Source of the DNA: Longimicrobiales bacterium
Lineage (GTDB): Bacteria > Gemmatimonadota > Gemmatimonadetes > Longimicrobiales > Gaopeijiaceae
Length of the DNA: 64,000 nt
Assembly: GCA_965203485.1 (NCBI GenBank)
Contig: OZ241892.1
Location: 352,001 to 416,000, forward strand
Direction: 5' to 3'
The notes under the pieces were generated by a model. The model was not told the origin of the DNA. It was given only the letters and a program-made list of their open reading frames with translations, and searched no databases. Position 1 is the stretch's first letter. The number at the start of each line of letters is the position of its first letter. Shown here piece by piece: positions 37,156 through 47,040 of this stretch. A program made the position numbers and the translations under genes.

Positions 37156-37353
37156 ATGGTGGCAAACACGGTGGCGGTGGACGCCAAGCGCATCCTGCTC
37201 CGCTACGGAGCGCCGATTGCAGTTCTGGACAAGGTGCCGAAGGCGGTCCGCATCGACTTGGCCCGCACCATCGCCCGCACGCCCCTGGCCGAGCGCGAGG
37301 CCCGGTTGCGCGCACTTCTGACCGAACGCGGGTACCTGAAGGCGAGCGAGTAG
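37156..37353 (+). CDS. Small hypothetical protein (65 aa)
   Basis: Strong RBS AGGAGG, host-like codon use, fits the intergenic gap. Confidence 0.7.
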   Translation: MVANTVAVDAKRILLRYGAPIAVLDKVPKAVRIDLARTIARTPLAEREARLRALLTERGYLKASE

Positions 37354-37376
37354 CGCCCTGCCCCAGGTTGCGACCG

Positions 37377-39155
37377 CTACGACGCCGGCGGGGGCGCGGA
37401 AGCGGAGGGAGCGGTCACGCGCAACGTCCTGAGCCGGCTGAGGGCGGCGGCCACTTCCTGCATCCGGGGCTCCGCGAGGTCGCCGCGGCGTTCGGTGCTC
37501 AGCGAGTCCAGCCCGCCGGACTCCAACACTTCGCGCAACGCTTCCAGCACGTCCTCGACGGTCCGTTCCGCGCCCATTGCGTCCCGCGCCCGCGCCAAGG
37601 CGAGCCCGACCGCCCGGACCTGCGCCGCGGAGACGATCTGCGGCACGCCCGCGAGCTGAACCCGCTCGCGCCCGAACTCCATCGCGTCCCGTCCGCGCGC
37701 CTTGACCGCGACCCGCCGACGGCCCCGCTCCGGGCGGATGGACGCAGGGTCGGGACACCGGTGCCTGAACGGCCAGCGGACCGGCCCTGCTTCGGCCAGC
37801 CTGCCGGTGGGGTGGGCGGCGGCGACCTCGCGGGCCCGGGCGGTCAGGTCGCGAGGCTCGTAGGAGGTCATGCCGATCACGCGGTCGGCGACGTCCAAGT
37901 AGTCGCCCGAGCCGCCGATCACGATCAGGGCGCTGGCGTCGGCGCCCTCGAACAGCGCGCGGGCGCGGTCCACGAACGGGGTTATCGGCTCGTCGTCGCC
38001 TTGGACGAGGGCCTGCATGCGACGGTCGCGAATCATGAAGTTGGTGGCCGACGTGTCTTCGTCGACGAGCAGGAGGCGGGCGCCGGCTTCGAGCGCTTCG
38101 ATCACGGCGGCGGCCTGGCTCGTGGAGCCCGAGGCGTTGGCGGTCGAGAACCGGCCGGTTCCTGCGCCGCCGGGCAACGTGCCGATGAAGGGCGAGATGT
38201 CCACGCCCGCGACGGAACGGCCGTCCTCCGCCTGCACCCTCGTGGCGGTGGGCTCCGCGACGACGCGCTCGCGGCCGTCGCCCGGCCGGTGGTTGTAGAC
38301 GCCGCGCGCCACCGCGTCGAGGAGCGTCGACTTTCCGTGGTAGCCGCCACCGGCAAGAAGCGTCACGCCCCCGGGAAGCCCCATTCCCGGAACCGGAGGG
38401 CCGTTGGGGCGCTCCAGCACGACCCGAAACGGCTCCGGCGCCTCGAAGAGGACGGCCTTTTCCCGTCGCAGCGGCCTGTCGTCGTCCCCGCTCCGGCGGG
38501 GCAGCAGCGATCCGTCGGCGACGAAGGCCACGAGCCCCCGCTCCGGCAACTGGGCGCGCAGGTGGTCCGCGTCTTCGTTGGTCTCCGCGTGCAGCGTCAC
38601 GTCGGCGGGGTCGTGGGCACGCGCCACCAGGGAGGCGGCCACCAGAGACGGCAACGTCTCCAGGAGGAGGCGGGCCGCGTCCCGGCCCCGAACCCGTCGT
38701 CCGTTGGCGGGCAACCCCACCGTGAACCGAGCCTCGAGGCTACCGTCCGGCCCGGCGAGGACCGCCGTCTGGGGCAGCACGACCTGCCCCGGGTCGGCCA
38801 TCGCGATCTCTCCGCTCCTGCCGTGGCCAGCGTCTCTCTCGCGGCCGAGCCGCCGGGCTTGGGCCGCGAACGTTCGGGCCAGCAGGCACGACAGTCCCGT
38901 CCGGCGCGCTTGCGTGGCCGTGGCCTCGTCCGGGAAGCCTGCGGCGCGGGAGTCGAGCAGCACGGCGACCGAGCTGGGCGCCGCGAACGGGTCGCCTTGC
39001 ACGCGGCGCACTACCAGGGTGAATCCGGGCACCTGCCACGCGCCCCGAATGTCGCGGTACGCCGGGTATCCGCGCCCGTCAATGCGATGCAGCAACTGCT
39101 CGAGTTCGGCCGCGGTCCCGTTCACGGGCCGGCCTCGGGTCGACGTGCGCGCCAT
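37377..39155 (-). CDS. ABC-ATPase-domain protein (predicted ATPase of the ABC class)
   Basis: VQGDPFAAPS, GGGYHGKSTLL, NASGSTSQAA, VDEDTSATNFMIRD, GGSGDY. Confidence 0.88.
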   Translation of the reverse strand: MARTSTRGRPVNGTAAELEQLLHRIDGRGYPAYRDIRGAWQVPGFTLVVRRVQGDPFAAPSSVAVLLDSRAAGFPDEATATQARRTGLSCLLARTFAAQARRLGRERDAGHGRSGEIAMADPGQVVLPQTAVLAGPDGSLEARFTVGLPANGRRVRGRDAARLLLETLPSLVAASLVARAHDPADVTLHAETNEDADHLRAQLPERGLVAFVADGSLLPRRSGDDDRPLRREKAVLFEAPEPFRVVLERPNGPPVPGMGLPGGVTLLAGGGYHGKSTLLDAVARGVYNHRPGDGRERVVAEPTATRVQAEDGRSVAGVDISPFIGTLPGGAGTGRFSTANASGSTSQAAAVIEALEAGARLLLVDEDTSATNFMIRDRRMQALVQGDDEPITPFVDRARALFEGADASALIVIGGSGDYLDVADRVIGMTSYEPRDLTARAREVAAAHPTGRLAEAGPVRWPFRHRCPDPASIRPERGRRRVAVKARGRDAMEFGRERVQLAGVPQIVSAAQVRAVGLALARARDAMGAERTVEDVLEALREVLESGGLDSLSTERRGDLAEPRMQEVAAALSRLRTLRVTAPSASAPPPAS

Positions 39156-39398
39156 GACCTTTAAGAAAACACGACGGCCGCGCGCATGCGCCGCGTCGTG
39201 GGCAAGCGGCGACCGCGCCGCGCCGAGCGGGACCGAGCCGGAGCAAGCGTAGGCGACGGTCGCATCCAGAGGCGGCGCCCACATGCGCTTGGGCAACTCG
39301 CTGCAAGCCGCCGCTGCCGCAGGATCCCTCGCTTCCCGCCGTTTGGTTCCTCTGCCCGCCGCTTGCGCGCCAAGGAACAATCGGCTACTTAAGGCCCC

Positions 39399-41117
39399 AT
39401 GACTCGACCCTTCGGCGTGCGGAGGCCGCCCGGCATCCGCGCTCGCGTTTCGGCGGCGCTGGCTTCGGCGAGCGCGTTGGCGGCGTGGGCGTGCGGACCC
39501 GCCATGCCGCCCGAGATCGCGGACGCGCCCCAGGCGGCGACTTCGATGGACGGCGTGGTCGTGGCGGCGCAGCCGCTGGCGGCGGAAGCGGGGGCGAGGA
39601 TGCTTAGGGCGGGCGGCAACGCGGCCGATGCGGCGGTGGCGGCGGCGTTCGCCGTGTCCGTGGTCGAGCCGTCGATGAACAGCATCGGAGGCCGCACCCA
39701 GATCCTCGTGCGCCTTCCGGACGGCGGGTTCGCCGGCGTCGACGCGACGACCCAGGCGCCGGCGTCCTACGATCCCGAGACGGCGCCGCAGGCTTCCTAC
39801 GGATATGCGACGGTGGGAGTGCCCGGCGCCGTCGCCGGACTGGTGCGGCTGCTCGACGACCACGGCACCATGCCGCTTGCCGAGGTCGTGGCGCCGGCCA
39901 TCGCGTTGGCGGAAGAGGGCTTCCACCTGCTTCCGGGCGAGGCCGCCCGCCACGCCGCCGGAGCCGCCCAGCTGGGCGAGTTCGCGGGGTCGCGCGCCCA
40001 CTTCCTGGACTCGGCGGGGCAGTCCCGTCCGGCGGGCAGCCTGTTCGTGCAGCCGGACCTTGCCGAGACGCTCCGGGCGATCGCGTCCGGCGGCGCCCGC
40101 GCCTTCTACGAGGGCGAGATCGGGCAGGCCATAGCGGCCGACGTCGCCGGCAACGGCGGCGCCGTGACGGCCCGCGCGCTGGCGGACTACCGCGCCGAGG
40201 ATTCCCGCATCGTGCACGGCAGCTACAGGGGCCACGAACTCGTGGGAACTGACTTGCCCGCGTCGGGGGCGGTGACGATCGGCGTCCTGCAAGTTCTCGA
40301 GCGCTTCGACATGGCGGCCTTGGACGAGCCCGAATGGGCGGCTCTCGTGGGGACGGCCGTCGCCGAGGTGTTCGCGCGCACTAGGGAGGACGGAACCGGC
40401 GACGCGACCAGCAAGGCGTGGGCCGCCGAGATCGCGGCGGGAATCGAGCTGCCGGGCGTGGCGCCGGTTGCCGCGGCGGCCTCGCCGGGTGCGCAGCCCG
40501 TGGAGGCGTTCACGGCGCCGTCGGCCGCGTCTCGCCTTTCGTTCGCCGGGGCCTCCGCGAGCTCCCACACGACGCACCTGTCCGCGGGCGACTCGGCGGG
40601 CATGTTCGTGTCGCTCACGCAGACGATCGGACCCAACCTCGGCTCCAAGGTCGCGACGCCCGGCTTGGGCTTCCTCTACGCGGCCACGCTCGGCGGCTAC
40701 CTGGGGCGGATGGAGCCGGGCGAGCGCGCGAGTTCCAGCATTTCGCCGCTCATGGTGCTTCGCGACGGGGAGCCGGCGCTGGTGCTCGGAGCGGCGGGCG
40801 GCAGCCGGATCGTGTCGGCCGTTGCGCAGGCCGTCCTGCGGGTCGTGGACCACGGAATGACGTTGGCCGATGCGCTGGCGGCGGCCCGCGTGCATCCGGT
40901 TGCGGGTGGAGTCGCGATGGAGACGTCGCCGGAGATCGGCTGGAGCGAGGCCGACGTGGAGACCGTCGGGTCTTGGGGACTGGAGGTGCAGGCGATCGCG
41001 CGCGCCGGTGCCTTCGGCCGCATCCACGGCATCCAGATCGACCCCGTTAGCGGAGAGATGACGGGCGTGGCCGATCCGGACTGGGAGGGAGCGGCGATCG
41101 TGCCGGACCGCAAGTGA
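39399..41117 (+). CDS. ggt: Gamma-glutamyltransferase family protein
   Basis: GGNAADAAVA, VGVPGAVAG, QPDLAETL, HTTHLS (catalytic Thr), GAAGGSRI, GVADP. Confidence 0.88.
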   Translation: MTRPFGVRRPPGIRARVSAALASASALAAWACGPAMPPEIADAPQAATSMDGVVVAAQPLAAEAGARMLRAGGNAADAAVAAAFAVSVVEPSMNSIGGRTQILVRLPDGGFAGVDATTQAPASYDPETAPQASYGYATVGVPGAVAGLVRLLDDHGTMPLAEVVAPAIALAEEGFHLLPGEAARHAAGAAQLGEFAGSRAHFLDSAGQSRPAGSLFVQPDLAETLRAIASGGARAFYEGEIGQAIAADVAGNGGAVTARALADYRAEDSRIVHGSYRGHELVGTDLPASGAVTIGVLQVLERFDMAALDEPEWAALVGTAVAEVFARTREDGTGDATSKAWAAEIAAGIELPGVAPVAAAASPGAQPVEAFTAPSAASRLSFAGASASSHTTHLSAGDSAGMFVSLTQTIGPNLGSKVATPGLGFLYAATLGGYLGRMEPGERASSSISPLMVLRDGEPALVLGAAGGSRIVSAVAQAVLRVVDHGMTLADALAAARVHPVAGGVAMETSPEIGWSEADVETVGSWGLEVQAIARAGAFGRIHGIQIDPVSGEMTGVADPDWEGAAIVPDRK

Positions 41118-42766
41118 GAGAGTCCCGCCGAGCACGGCCCGCTGGATCCGAGGAGGCCGGAACGCACCGGCCGCCTGCGGAGTCGCCGGCCCGCCGCGTC
41201 GCCCGTGGCGGACTTCTTGCGGCTCTGGCTTTGGCCGGGTGCGAGGCCGCGCCCGCCTACGACCTCGTGTTGCGGGGCGGCCAAGTGCTGGACGGAACCG
41301 GCGCCCCGGCGCGCGTGGCCGACGTGGCAGTGCACGAGGGACGCATCGCGGCCGTGGGACCCTTGGGCGACGTGTCCGCCACGCGCGAGCTGGACGTGAC
41401 CGGCCTCTACGTCGCTCCCGGCTTCATCGACTCGCACTCCCATGCGGGCCCCGGCTTGGCCACGCCGGAGCTGAGCCACGCCGAGCCGCTTCTGGCCCAG
41501 GGGATCGCGACCGTCCTGGCGAATCCGGACGGCGGCGGCCCGGTCGATCTGGCCGGCCAGAAGCGCGCCTTGGAGACGGACGGCCTCGGCGTGAACGTCG
41601 CGCTCATGGCGCCCCACGGCTCGGTGCGGCGGGCAGTGATGGGCATGGAGGACCGCGACGCCTCGGCGGACGAGCTGGACCAGATGCGGACCCTGGTGCG
41701 CGCCGCCATGGACGAAGGCGCCTGGGGCCTCTCTTCGGGCACGTTCTACGCCCCCGGCAGCTACGCGGACAACGCCGAGCTGGTCGAGCTGGCCCGCGTG
41801 GCGGCCGAATACGGCGGCGTCTACTCCAGCCATATTCGCGACGAGTCGGACTATACGATCGGCCTCGAGGCCGCCGTCGAGGAAGTGATCGACGTGAGCC
41901 GGCAGACCGGAATCACGGCTGTGGTCACGCACGTCAAGGCTCTCGGCCCGCCCGTTTGGGGCGCGTCGGCGGCCGTCGTCGAGCGCATCGAGGCGGCGCG
42001 GGCCGCAGGACTGCCGGTGTACGCGGACCAGTATCCGTACTTGGCGTCGGCCACGGGCTTGTCGTCCGCCCTGCTGCCCCGCTGGTCGCAGGCAGGCGGC
42101 GCCGGCGCCCTTGAGGAGCGGCTCACCGATCCGGCGACGAGGGCGCGCATCCGAGAGGCGGCGGTGGAGAACTTGGCACGCCGCGGCGGCGCCGAACGCA
42201 TCCAGTTCCGGAGCTTTCGCGAGGACCCCTCCATCGAGGGGCGGCGGCTGTCCGAAGTCGCGGCGGAGCGCGGAGGCGATCCCGTGGACGTGGCGCTGGA
42301 GCTCGTCCGCGAGGGCGGTCCCTCCATCGTGTCGTTCAACATGCACGCGGACGACGTGCTCCGGCTCATGACGCAGGAGTGGACGATGACCTCCTCGGAC
42401 GGCGGCCTGCCCGCGTTCGGCGTGGGCGTGCCCCATCCGAGGTCCTACGGCGCCTTCGCGCGCAAGATCGGAAAGTTCGTGTTCGAGGACCGGGCCATGT
42501 CGCTGGAGGCCGCGGTGCGCAGCATGACGGGCCTGCCGGCGGACGTGCTGGGCATGGCCGACCGAGGGCGCGTCGCCGAGGGCATGGCCGCCGACGTCGT
42601 GGTGTTCTCGGACTTCTTCAAGGACAACGCCACCTTCGCCGAGCCCCACCAGCTGTCGTCGGGCGTCGTCCATCTCTTCGTGGCGGGCGAAGCGGCCATC
42701 CTGAACTCCGCGTTCACGGGCGCGCGGGCCGGATCGGTGCTGGCGCGGGAGAACGTTCGCCGCTGA
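41114..42766 (+). CDS. N-acyl-D-amino-acid deacylase (amidohydrolase family), lipoprotein
   Basis: APGFIDSHSH, SHIRDE, DQYPY, SSDGG, HPRSYGAF; lipobox LAGC. Confidence 0.88.
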   Translation: MRESRRARPAGSEEAGTHRPPAESPARRVARGGLLAALALAGCEAAPAYDLVLRGGQVLDGTGAPARVADVAVHEGRIAAVGPLGDVSATRELDVTGLYVAPGFIDSHSHAGPGLATPELSHAEPLLAQGIATVLANPDGGGPVDLAGQKRALETDGLGVNVALMAPHGSVRRAVMGMEDRDASADELDQMRTLVRAAMDEGAWGLSSGTFYAPGSYADNAELVELARVAAEYGGVYSSHIRDESDYTIGLEAAVEEVIDVSRQTGITAVVTHVKALGPPVWGASAAVVERIEAARAAGLPVYADQYPYLASATGLSSALLPRWSQAGGAGALEERLTDPATRARIREAAVENLARRGGAERIQFRSFREDPSIEGRRLSEVAAERGGDPVDVALELVREGGPSIVSFNMHADDVLRLMTQEWTMTSSDGGLPAFGVGVPHPRSYGAFARKIGKFVFEDRAMSLEAAVRSMTGLPADVLGMADRGRVAEGMAADVVVFSDFFKDNATFAEPHQLSSGVVHLFVAGEAAILNSAFTGARAGSVLARENVRR

Positions 42767-42979
42767 AGCGAGTCAGGTCGGGCGGCCGCGTGGCTGCTTG
42801 GCCAGCGACGTGCGATTGCTTGGTCTTCGCCGCCAAGGCACGAGACGGCCGTCCAGCGCCTCGTGAGCTTCGCGTCGAATGTCCCGGCGCAGCGCTCGCT
42901 CCGACTCGGCGGGCGTGAGTGAATGGCGGCCGGGCTTGTCGCCGAGCCGGCAATCGGGCGGCCGGATCCTCCACGGGCG

Positions 42980-43008
42980 GGAACTTCTTCGAGGCCTCCG
43001 GTGTACTT
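42980..43008 (+). promoter_or_regulatory. Candidate ECF-sigma promoter GGAACTT-N16-GTACTT upstream of the ECF sigma gene
   Basis: Recurrent motif, about 60 bp upstream of the ATG. Confidence 0.5.
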
Positions 43009-43069
43009 GCTAGCAGGCCCGGCTCCGCAACGGAGGAACGGGCGGCTACCCGCAAGGAGCAGGAGAACG

Positions 43070-43690
43070 ATGACAGACCCGAACACGGCGCGACCCTTGG
43101 AGGCTCCTGCGGACGACCAGACGGCGCCTCCCCAGGAAGGGGACCTCGGCAGGGCCGACGGGAACGCCGAGGCCGCCGACGGCGGCCGGTGCATCACGGA
43201 CGAACACTTTGGGCACTTGGTCGAGCAGCACCGGACCTGGCTTCTCCATGTCGCGGAGCCCTACCGAGGCCGAGCCGTAACCGCGGAAGACTTGGTTCAA
43301 GAGGGAATTTGGGCGGCCTATCGCAACCTACACAAGCTGCGCAAGCCGTCGGGAGCGCGAGCTTGGCTGGCGCGGTTCGTTCGCTACGCCGGTCTGAAGG
43401 CTGCAGAGAAGCACCGGACACGGGCCGAGCTGATGGAGAGCTACGCTGTCACGCGAGAGCAGGAGTACGCCGATTCGCCTGAAGAAATCATGGAGCGCAG
43501 GATGAGGAACGAGGCGCTCGACCGCGCAATCGACCGCCTGCCCGCCGGCATGCGAGCCGTGATCAATTGCCGTCGCGACGGACTGTCGGTGAGAGCGACC
43601 GCTCGACAGCTCGACATGCCGGAGGGCACGGTGAAGTGCTACACCAGCCGTGGCATCAAGGCGTTGCGCGAAGCCATGCGCCAGGCCTGA
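43070..43690 (+). CDS. ECF-type RNA polymerase sigma factor
   Basis: AEDLVQE (region 2), AWL, AIDRLP...LDMPEGTVK (region 4); RBS AGGAG. Confidence 0.88.
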   Translation: MTDPNTARPLEAPADDQTAPPQEGDLGRADGNAEAADGGRCITDEHFGHLVEQHRTWLLHVAEPYRGRAVTAEDLVQEGIWAAYRNLHKLRKPSGARAWLARFVRYAGLKAAEKHRTRAELMESYAVTREQEYADSPEEIMERRMRNEALDRAIDRLPAGMRAVINCRRDGLSVRATARQLDMPEGTVKCYTSRGIKALREAMRQA

Positions 43691-43695
43691 CCCGC

Positions 43696-44625
43696 ATGTC
43701 CTCGTCCCTCGGCGCCGTTCTGCTCGCCTCGTTGGCGTTCGTCCCGCCCGCGTACGCGCAAGTCGACGCGTTTCCTGCGACGTCGCAGCAGTACCGCTGG
43801 GGACGGATCGTCTATCCCGTCCAGGAGCACGCCGAGCTCGGCGGGCGGGCGGGGTTCGAATCCATCGACAGCATCATCGGCGCCCTGGCAACGCGGCCGC
43901 AGTTCCCCGGATTGCCGCCCACTGCCCGCTTCGACGATCGCGTGACGATCAGCTTTGCGGTCGCCGAAGCGAAGGTCGGCATCGAGGGCTGGAGTCGGCC
44001 GGAGCAGGCCTTGATCGTCCTGCCCCTGGACCGATTCTTGGCGTGGGACGACGACCGGCTCGGCCGCGTCCTTCGCCACGAATACGCCCATATTCGGATG
44101 CATGCCTTTCTGGGTCTGGACGACCCGCCCCAGTGGTTGCAGGAGGGGTTCGCCGAATGGGCCGCCGGGGGTCTCACGTGCCAGAGCGCCTGGCGGCTGT
44201 GGTTCGACGCGCGCCAGAGGAGCGACTCCGAACGGTCGCCGCCGCTGAGCGACCTGTGGCGGAAGTATCCGGACCGGCTGGCGTACGACTACTCGGCGTC
44301 GTTCTTCGAATTCTTGGAGGCGAAACGGCCCGGATTCGTGTCGGGAGGCAGCCTCATGAAGGCCATCAGGGACTACGGTCTGGCGAGTGCCTTTGCAGCG
44401 GTGTGGGGTGCCGAGCTGGAAGTGGCCGAAGACGACTGGCGGCGCTACCTTGCCGACCGATTCGAAGAGGAGCCGGACAGGCGCGGTTGCAACGAGGCCC
44501 TGGTGGTGGGACAGCGAGGCGCAGTGCGCCCGGCGGAGAACAAGCGTCAGGAACCCGGCCGACCGAGGGCCCCATCGGCGGTCGGCGGGCCCGCGTTGCA
44601 ACCAATCTCGATTTCATCGGGATAA
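43696..44625 (+). CDS. Secreted peptidase MA-like zinc metalloprotease
   Basis: Signal peptide ending AYA; HEYAH followed by PQWLQEGFAE (gluzincin-type). Confidence 0.75.
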   Translation: MSSSLGAVLLASLAFVPPAYAQVDAFPATSQQYRWGRIVYPVQEHAELGGRAGFESIDSIIGALATRPQFPGLPPTARFDDRVTISFAVAEAKVGIEGWSRPEQALIVLPLDRFLAWDDDRLGRVLRHEYAHIRMHAFLGLDDPPQWLQEGFAEWAAGGLTCQSAWRLWFDARQRSDSERSPPLSDLWRKYPDRLAYDYSASFFEFLEAKRPGFVSGGSLMKAIRDYGLASAFAAVWGAELEVAEDDWRRYLADRFEEEPDRRGCNEALVVGQRGAVRPAENKRQEPGRPRAPSAVGGPALQPISISSG

Positions 44626-44726
44626 AGGGGTAGGAGCGGGATGGAACGAGGCCAATCCGTCGGCCGACCCGCCCGGGAGGCCGCGAGGGCGGCCTGCCAT
44701 TCACACTCACGCGAGGAGTAGAGACC

Positions 44727-45248
44727 ATGAAGACGGCTGTCACACAAGCTGCCTGGATGGTGGCGGCAATCGCGGCGTTGGCGGCATCGCCGATGGCGGC
44801 GGCCGCGCAGCAGGACTGCGGCCGCACGTGCCATTCGTGCGGCTTCCTTAAGCTCTCCGACGAGGGCAGAGACTACGTGGGCAGGGCAAACGGCTTCGAC
44901 ATGGATTGCCGCTTCCTGAGTTGCCGGCGTTGCCAGCTAGCGCCGAACGACGTCGGCGACGCTGGCCTTCCGGCCGCCCACGCCCTGCGTGCGATCCAGG
45001 GAGCCTCGGCGGACTCGCTGTCTGCACTGGTCGCTCACTATTCCGGTCGCTTGCTTCTGGACGAGTCGCGACGGTTGCTGGCGATGCGGGGTATCGGTTG
45101 TGCAAGCGACCATGTGACGGCGGTCGTCTTCTTGAGCCGAGAGACAACGATTGCCGTAAGCGCCCTGATTGACGGGCGCCTGCCCGCTGTCGTTGCGCCA
45201 CGGCCGATGCCGGGATCTCGCAGCTTGGACTTGGAGGGTGGGCGATGA
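44727..45248 (+). CDS. Secreted Cys-rich protein, copy 1
   Basis: RBS GAGGAG; signal peptide; DCGRTCHSCGFL...MDCRFLSCRRC; clear paralog at 46519. Confidence 0.8.
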   Translation: MKTAVTQAAWMVAAIAALAASPMAAAAQQDCGRTCHSCGFLKLSDEGRDYVGRANGFDMDCRFLSCRRCQLAPNDVGDAGLPAAHALRAIQGASADSLSALVAHYSGRLLLDESRRLLAMRGIGCASDHVTAVVFLSRETTIAVSALIDGRLPAVVAPRPMPGSRSLDLEGGR

Positions 45249-46462
45249 AGGCACATCTGAAGTCGCTGGTTGCGCTCCGTCGCCCGGGAACGTGGTGCGT
45301 TGTCGCGACGTCATGCATTGGCGCGTGCCAGCCAGACGATGCGAGCCGGAGTCTGGATTCCTTCGTCGACGGCACGTGCGCGATTCCCGAAGTCAATCAA
45401 GAAGAAGGTCGTATTCGCCTTGAGCTGGCCGCCCAACTAGGTACGGACGATTCGGAAAACGCGGCGCTCATTCCGGTTCCCGGCGCGACTCACCCGGTCC
45501 GCGACCGCTTGGGCCGATATTGGGTAGGCCAGACGGGAGAGTTGCTGTTGTTCGAACCGGGCGGCTCTTACGCCGCGACGGTGGGAAGAAAAGGGCAGGG
45601 TCCGCTGGAGTTCTTGGATGCGTTGCCGTTCTACGTTGATCCGCTTGACCAAGTGCACGTCTTGGACCCAGAGAACGGCAGGGTATCGGTGATTCGTCAA
45701 GACCTCTCCCTTGCAGCCGCCATCTCGTTGCCGGCGTGGGTTCACGACATCGTGCCTCTATCCGAAGGGGATCGCTATGCGTTCACGTCCTGGATCACCG
45801 ACGGCGAGAGCGCGGGATTTCCGATTCACGTCTTGGACGGCGGCGGGATTGTGAGGTCAATCGGCGCCCTCCCGGATGATCAATCCTCCGAGGCTGCCGG
45901 CGACGTGCTCGTTGCCAGCATGTATCTGGCCAAGGGCGCAGGAGATCTGCTTTTCAGCGCTCATCGCGACCGGTACGTGGTCGATGCTTGGCGGAGCGAT
46001 GGATCGAGCGCCGGACGCCTGGAGGGACCCGTGCTCAACGGACGAGCCGAAGCTTCACAACTTCCGGGTGATGCCCAGCCGCCGCCGAACATCATTAAGG
46101 ACATACACGTCGACGACGACGAGAGACTGTGGGTGATCGCCGCGTTCACAAGGTCGAATTGGCGGGACGCCATGATCGAGCGAGTGGCGCCGGACGGTAG
46201 CGTGATTTTCGTGCCAGCCGACATGGACGCCGTTGGGAGGATATGGCGATTTCGTTTGGACGTCATCGACTTGGGCGCATGTCGGGCAGTGGCTTCCCAA
46301 TGGCTGGATCGCCCTACCAGCCTGGGATTTGGTTCCTTTCTGCCGTCTCGAGACGTCGTTTCGTTGACGGATGGCATGTACGGAGACTTGGGAGCGTTGC
46401 TCGTCAACATTTGGAACGTCGAGTTGATAACATCGTCATCAGGAACACGTCCTGGAACTTAG
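45245..46462 (+). CDS. 6-bladed beta-propeller (NHL-like) lipoprotein, copy 1
   Basis: Lipobox IGAC; VGRKGQGPLEF; DDDERLWV; ATGA overlap with the upstream gene. Confidence 0.8.
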   Translation: MKAHLKSLVALRRPGTWCVVATSCIGACQPDDASRSLDSFVDGTCAIPEVNQEEGRIRLELAAQLGTDDSENAALIPVPGATHPVRDRLGRYWVGQTGELLLFEPGGSYAATVGRKGQGPLEFLDALPFYVDPLDQVHVLDPENGRVSVIRQDLSLAAAISLPAWVHDIVPLSEGDRYAFTSWITDGESAGFPIHVLDGGGIVRSIGALPDDQSSEAAGDVLVASMYLAKGAGDLLFSAHRDRYVVDAWRSDGSSAGRLEGPVLNGRAEASQLPGDAQPPPNIIKDIHVDDDERLWVIAAFTRSNWRDAMIERVAPDGSVIFVPADMDAVGRIWRFRLDVIDLGACRAVASQWLDRPTSLGFGSFLPSRDVVSLTDGMYGDLGALLVNIWNVELITSSSGTRPGT

Positions 46463-46518
46463 CCGAGGACGTTGCACTAGATCGGCGACGAATACACCGA
46501 GGAACCGAGGATCATCAC

Positions 46519-47040
46519 ATGACATCAGAGAAGAAGCGAAGCCGTCCTGCCGTTATGGTGTTAGCGCTGGCGTTCGTGGTCGTTATGTCTCCTTTGCCTG
46601 CGATCGCTCAATTGGCAGATGGTGAAGACTGTGGAAACAGATGTCGGACATGTGGCTTCTTGTGGCTCTACCATGAAGGAAGGGGCCATGATCCAGACGG
46701 AACGAACAACATGGACTGTCGTTTTTTGGACTGCCTGACGTGCATTGGAGCGCCGACTTCCGTGAGCGATGTCCAGGCCACGGAATCGGCAGTGCTGGAT
46801 TCCATCCGCCGAGCCGATTCTCGCGCACTACATGCTCTCGCGAGGAAATACGCAGGTCGCCTAATCCTGAATGAGTCGCGAAATCTGCTTGCTATGCGCG
46901 GTTTCGGATGCCGCGCCGAGCAGATCACTGCTGTCATATTTTTGGGTGCGAACACGACGGCGGCCCTCAAGCGTCTCAATGTCTTGGAACTCACCGGCGC
47001 TGAAACCATGGCGACAAAACCAAGAGGTCCGGCCAATTGA
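46519..47040 (+). CDS. Secreted Cys-rich protein, copy 2
   Basis: Signal peptide ending AIA; DCGNRCRTCGFL...MDCRFLDCLTC; YAGRLILNESRNLLAMRGFGC matches copy 1. Confidence 0.8.
   Translation: MTSEKKRSRPAVMVLALAFVVVMSPLPAIAQLADGEDCGNRCRTCGFLWLYHEGRGHDPDGTNNMDCRFLDCLTCIGAPTSVSDVQATESAVLDSIRRADSRALHALARKYAGRLILNESRNLLAMRGFGCRAEQITAVIFLGANTTAALKRLNVLELTGAETMATKPRGPAN

Noticed and set aside
44810..44845. c-type heme-binding motif in Cys-rich copy 1 (CGRTCH)
   Set aside because: Spacing is CxxxCH, and the His is absent in the paralog (CGNRCR)
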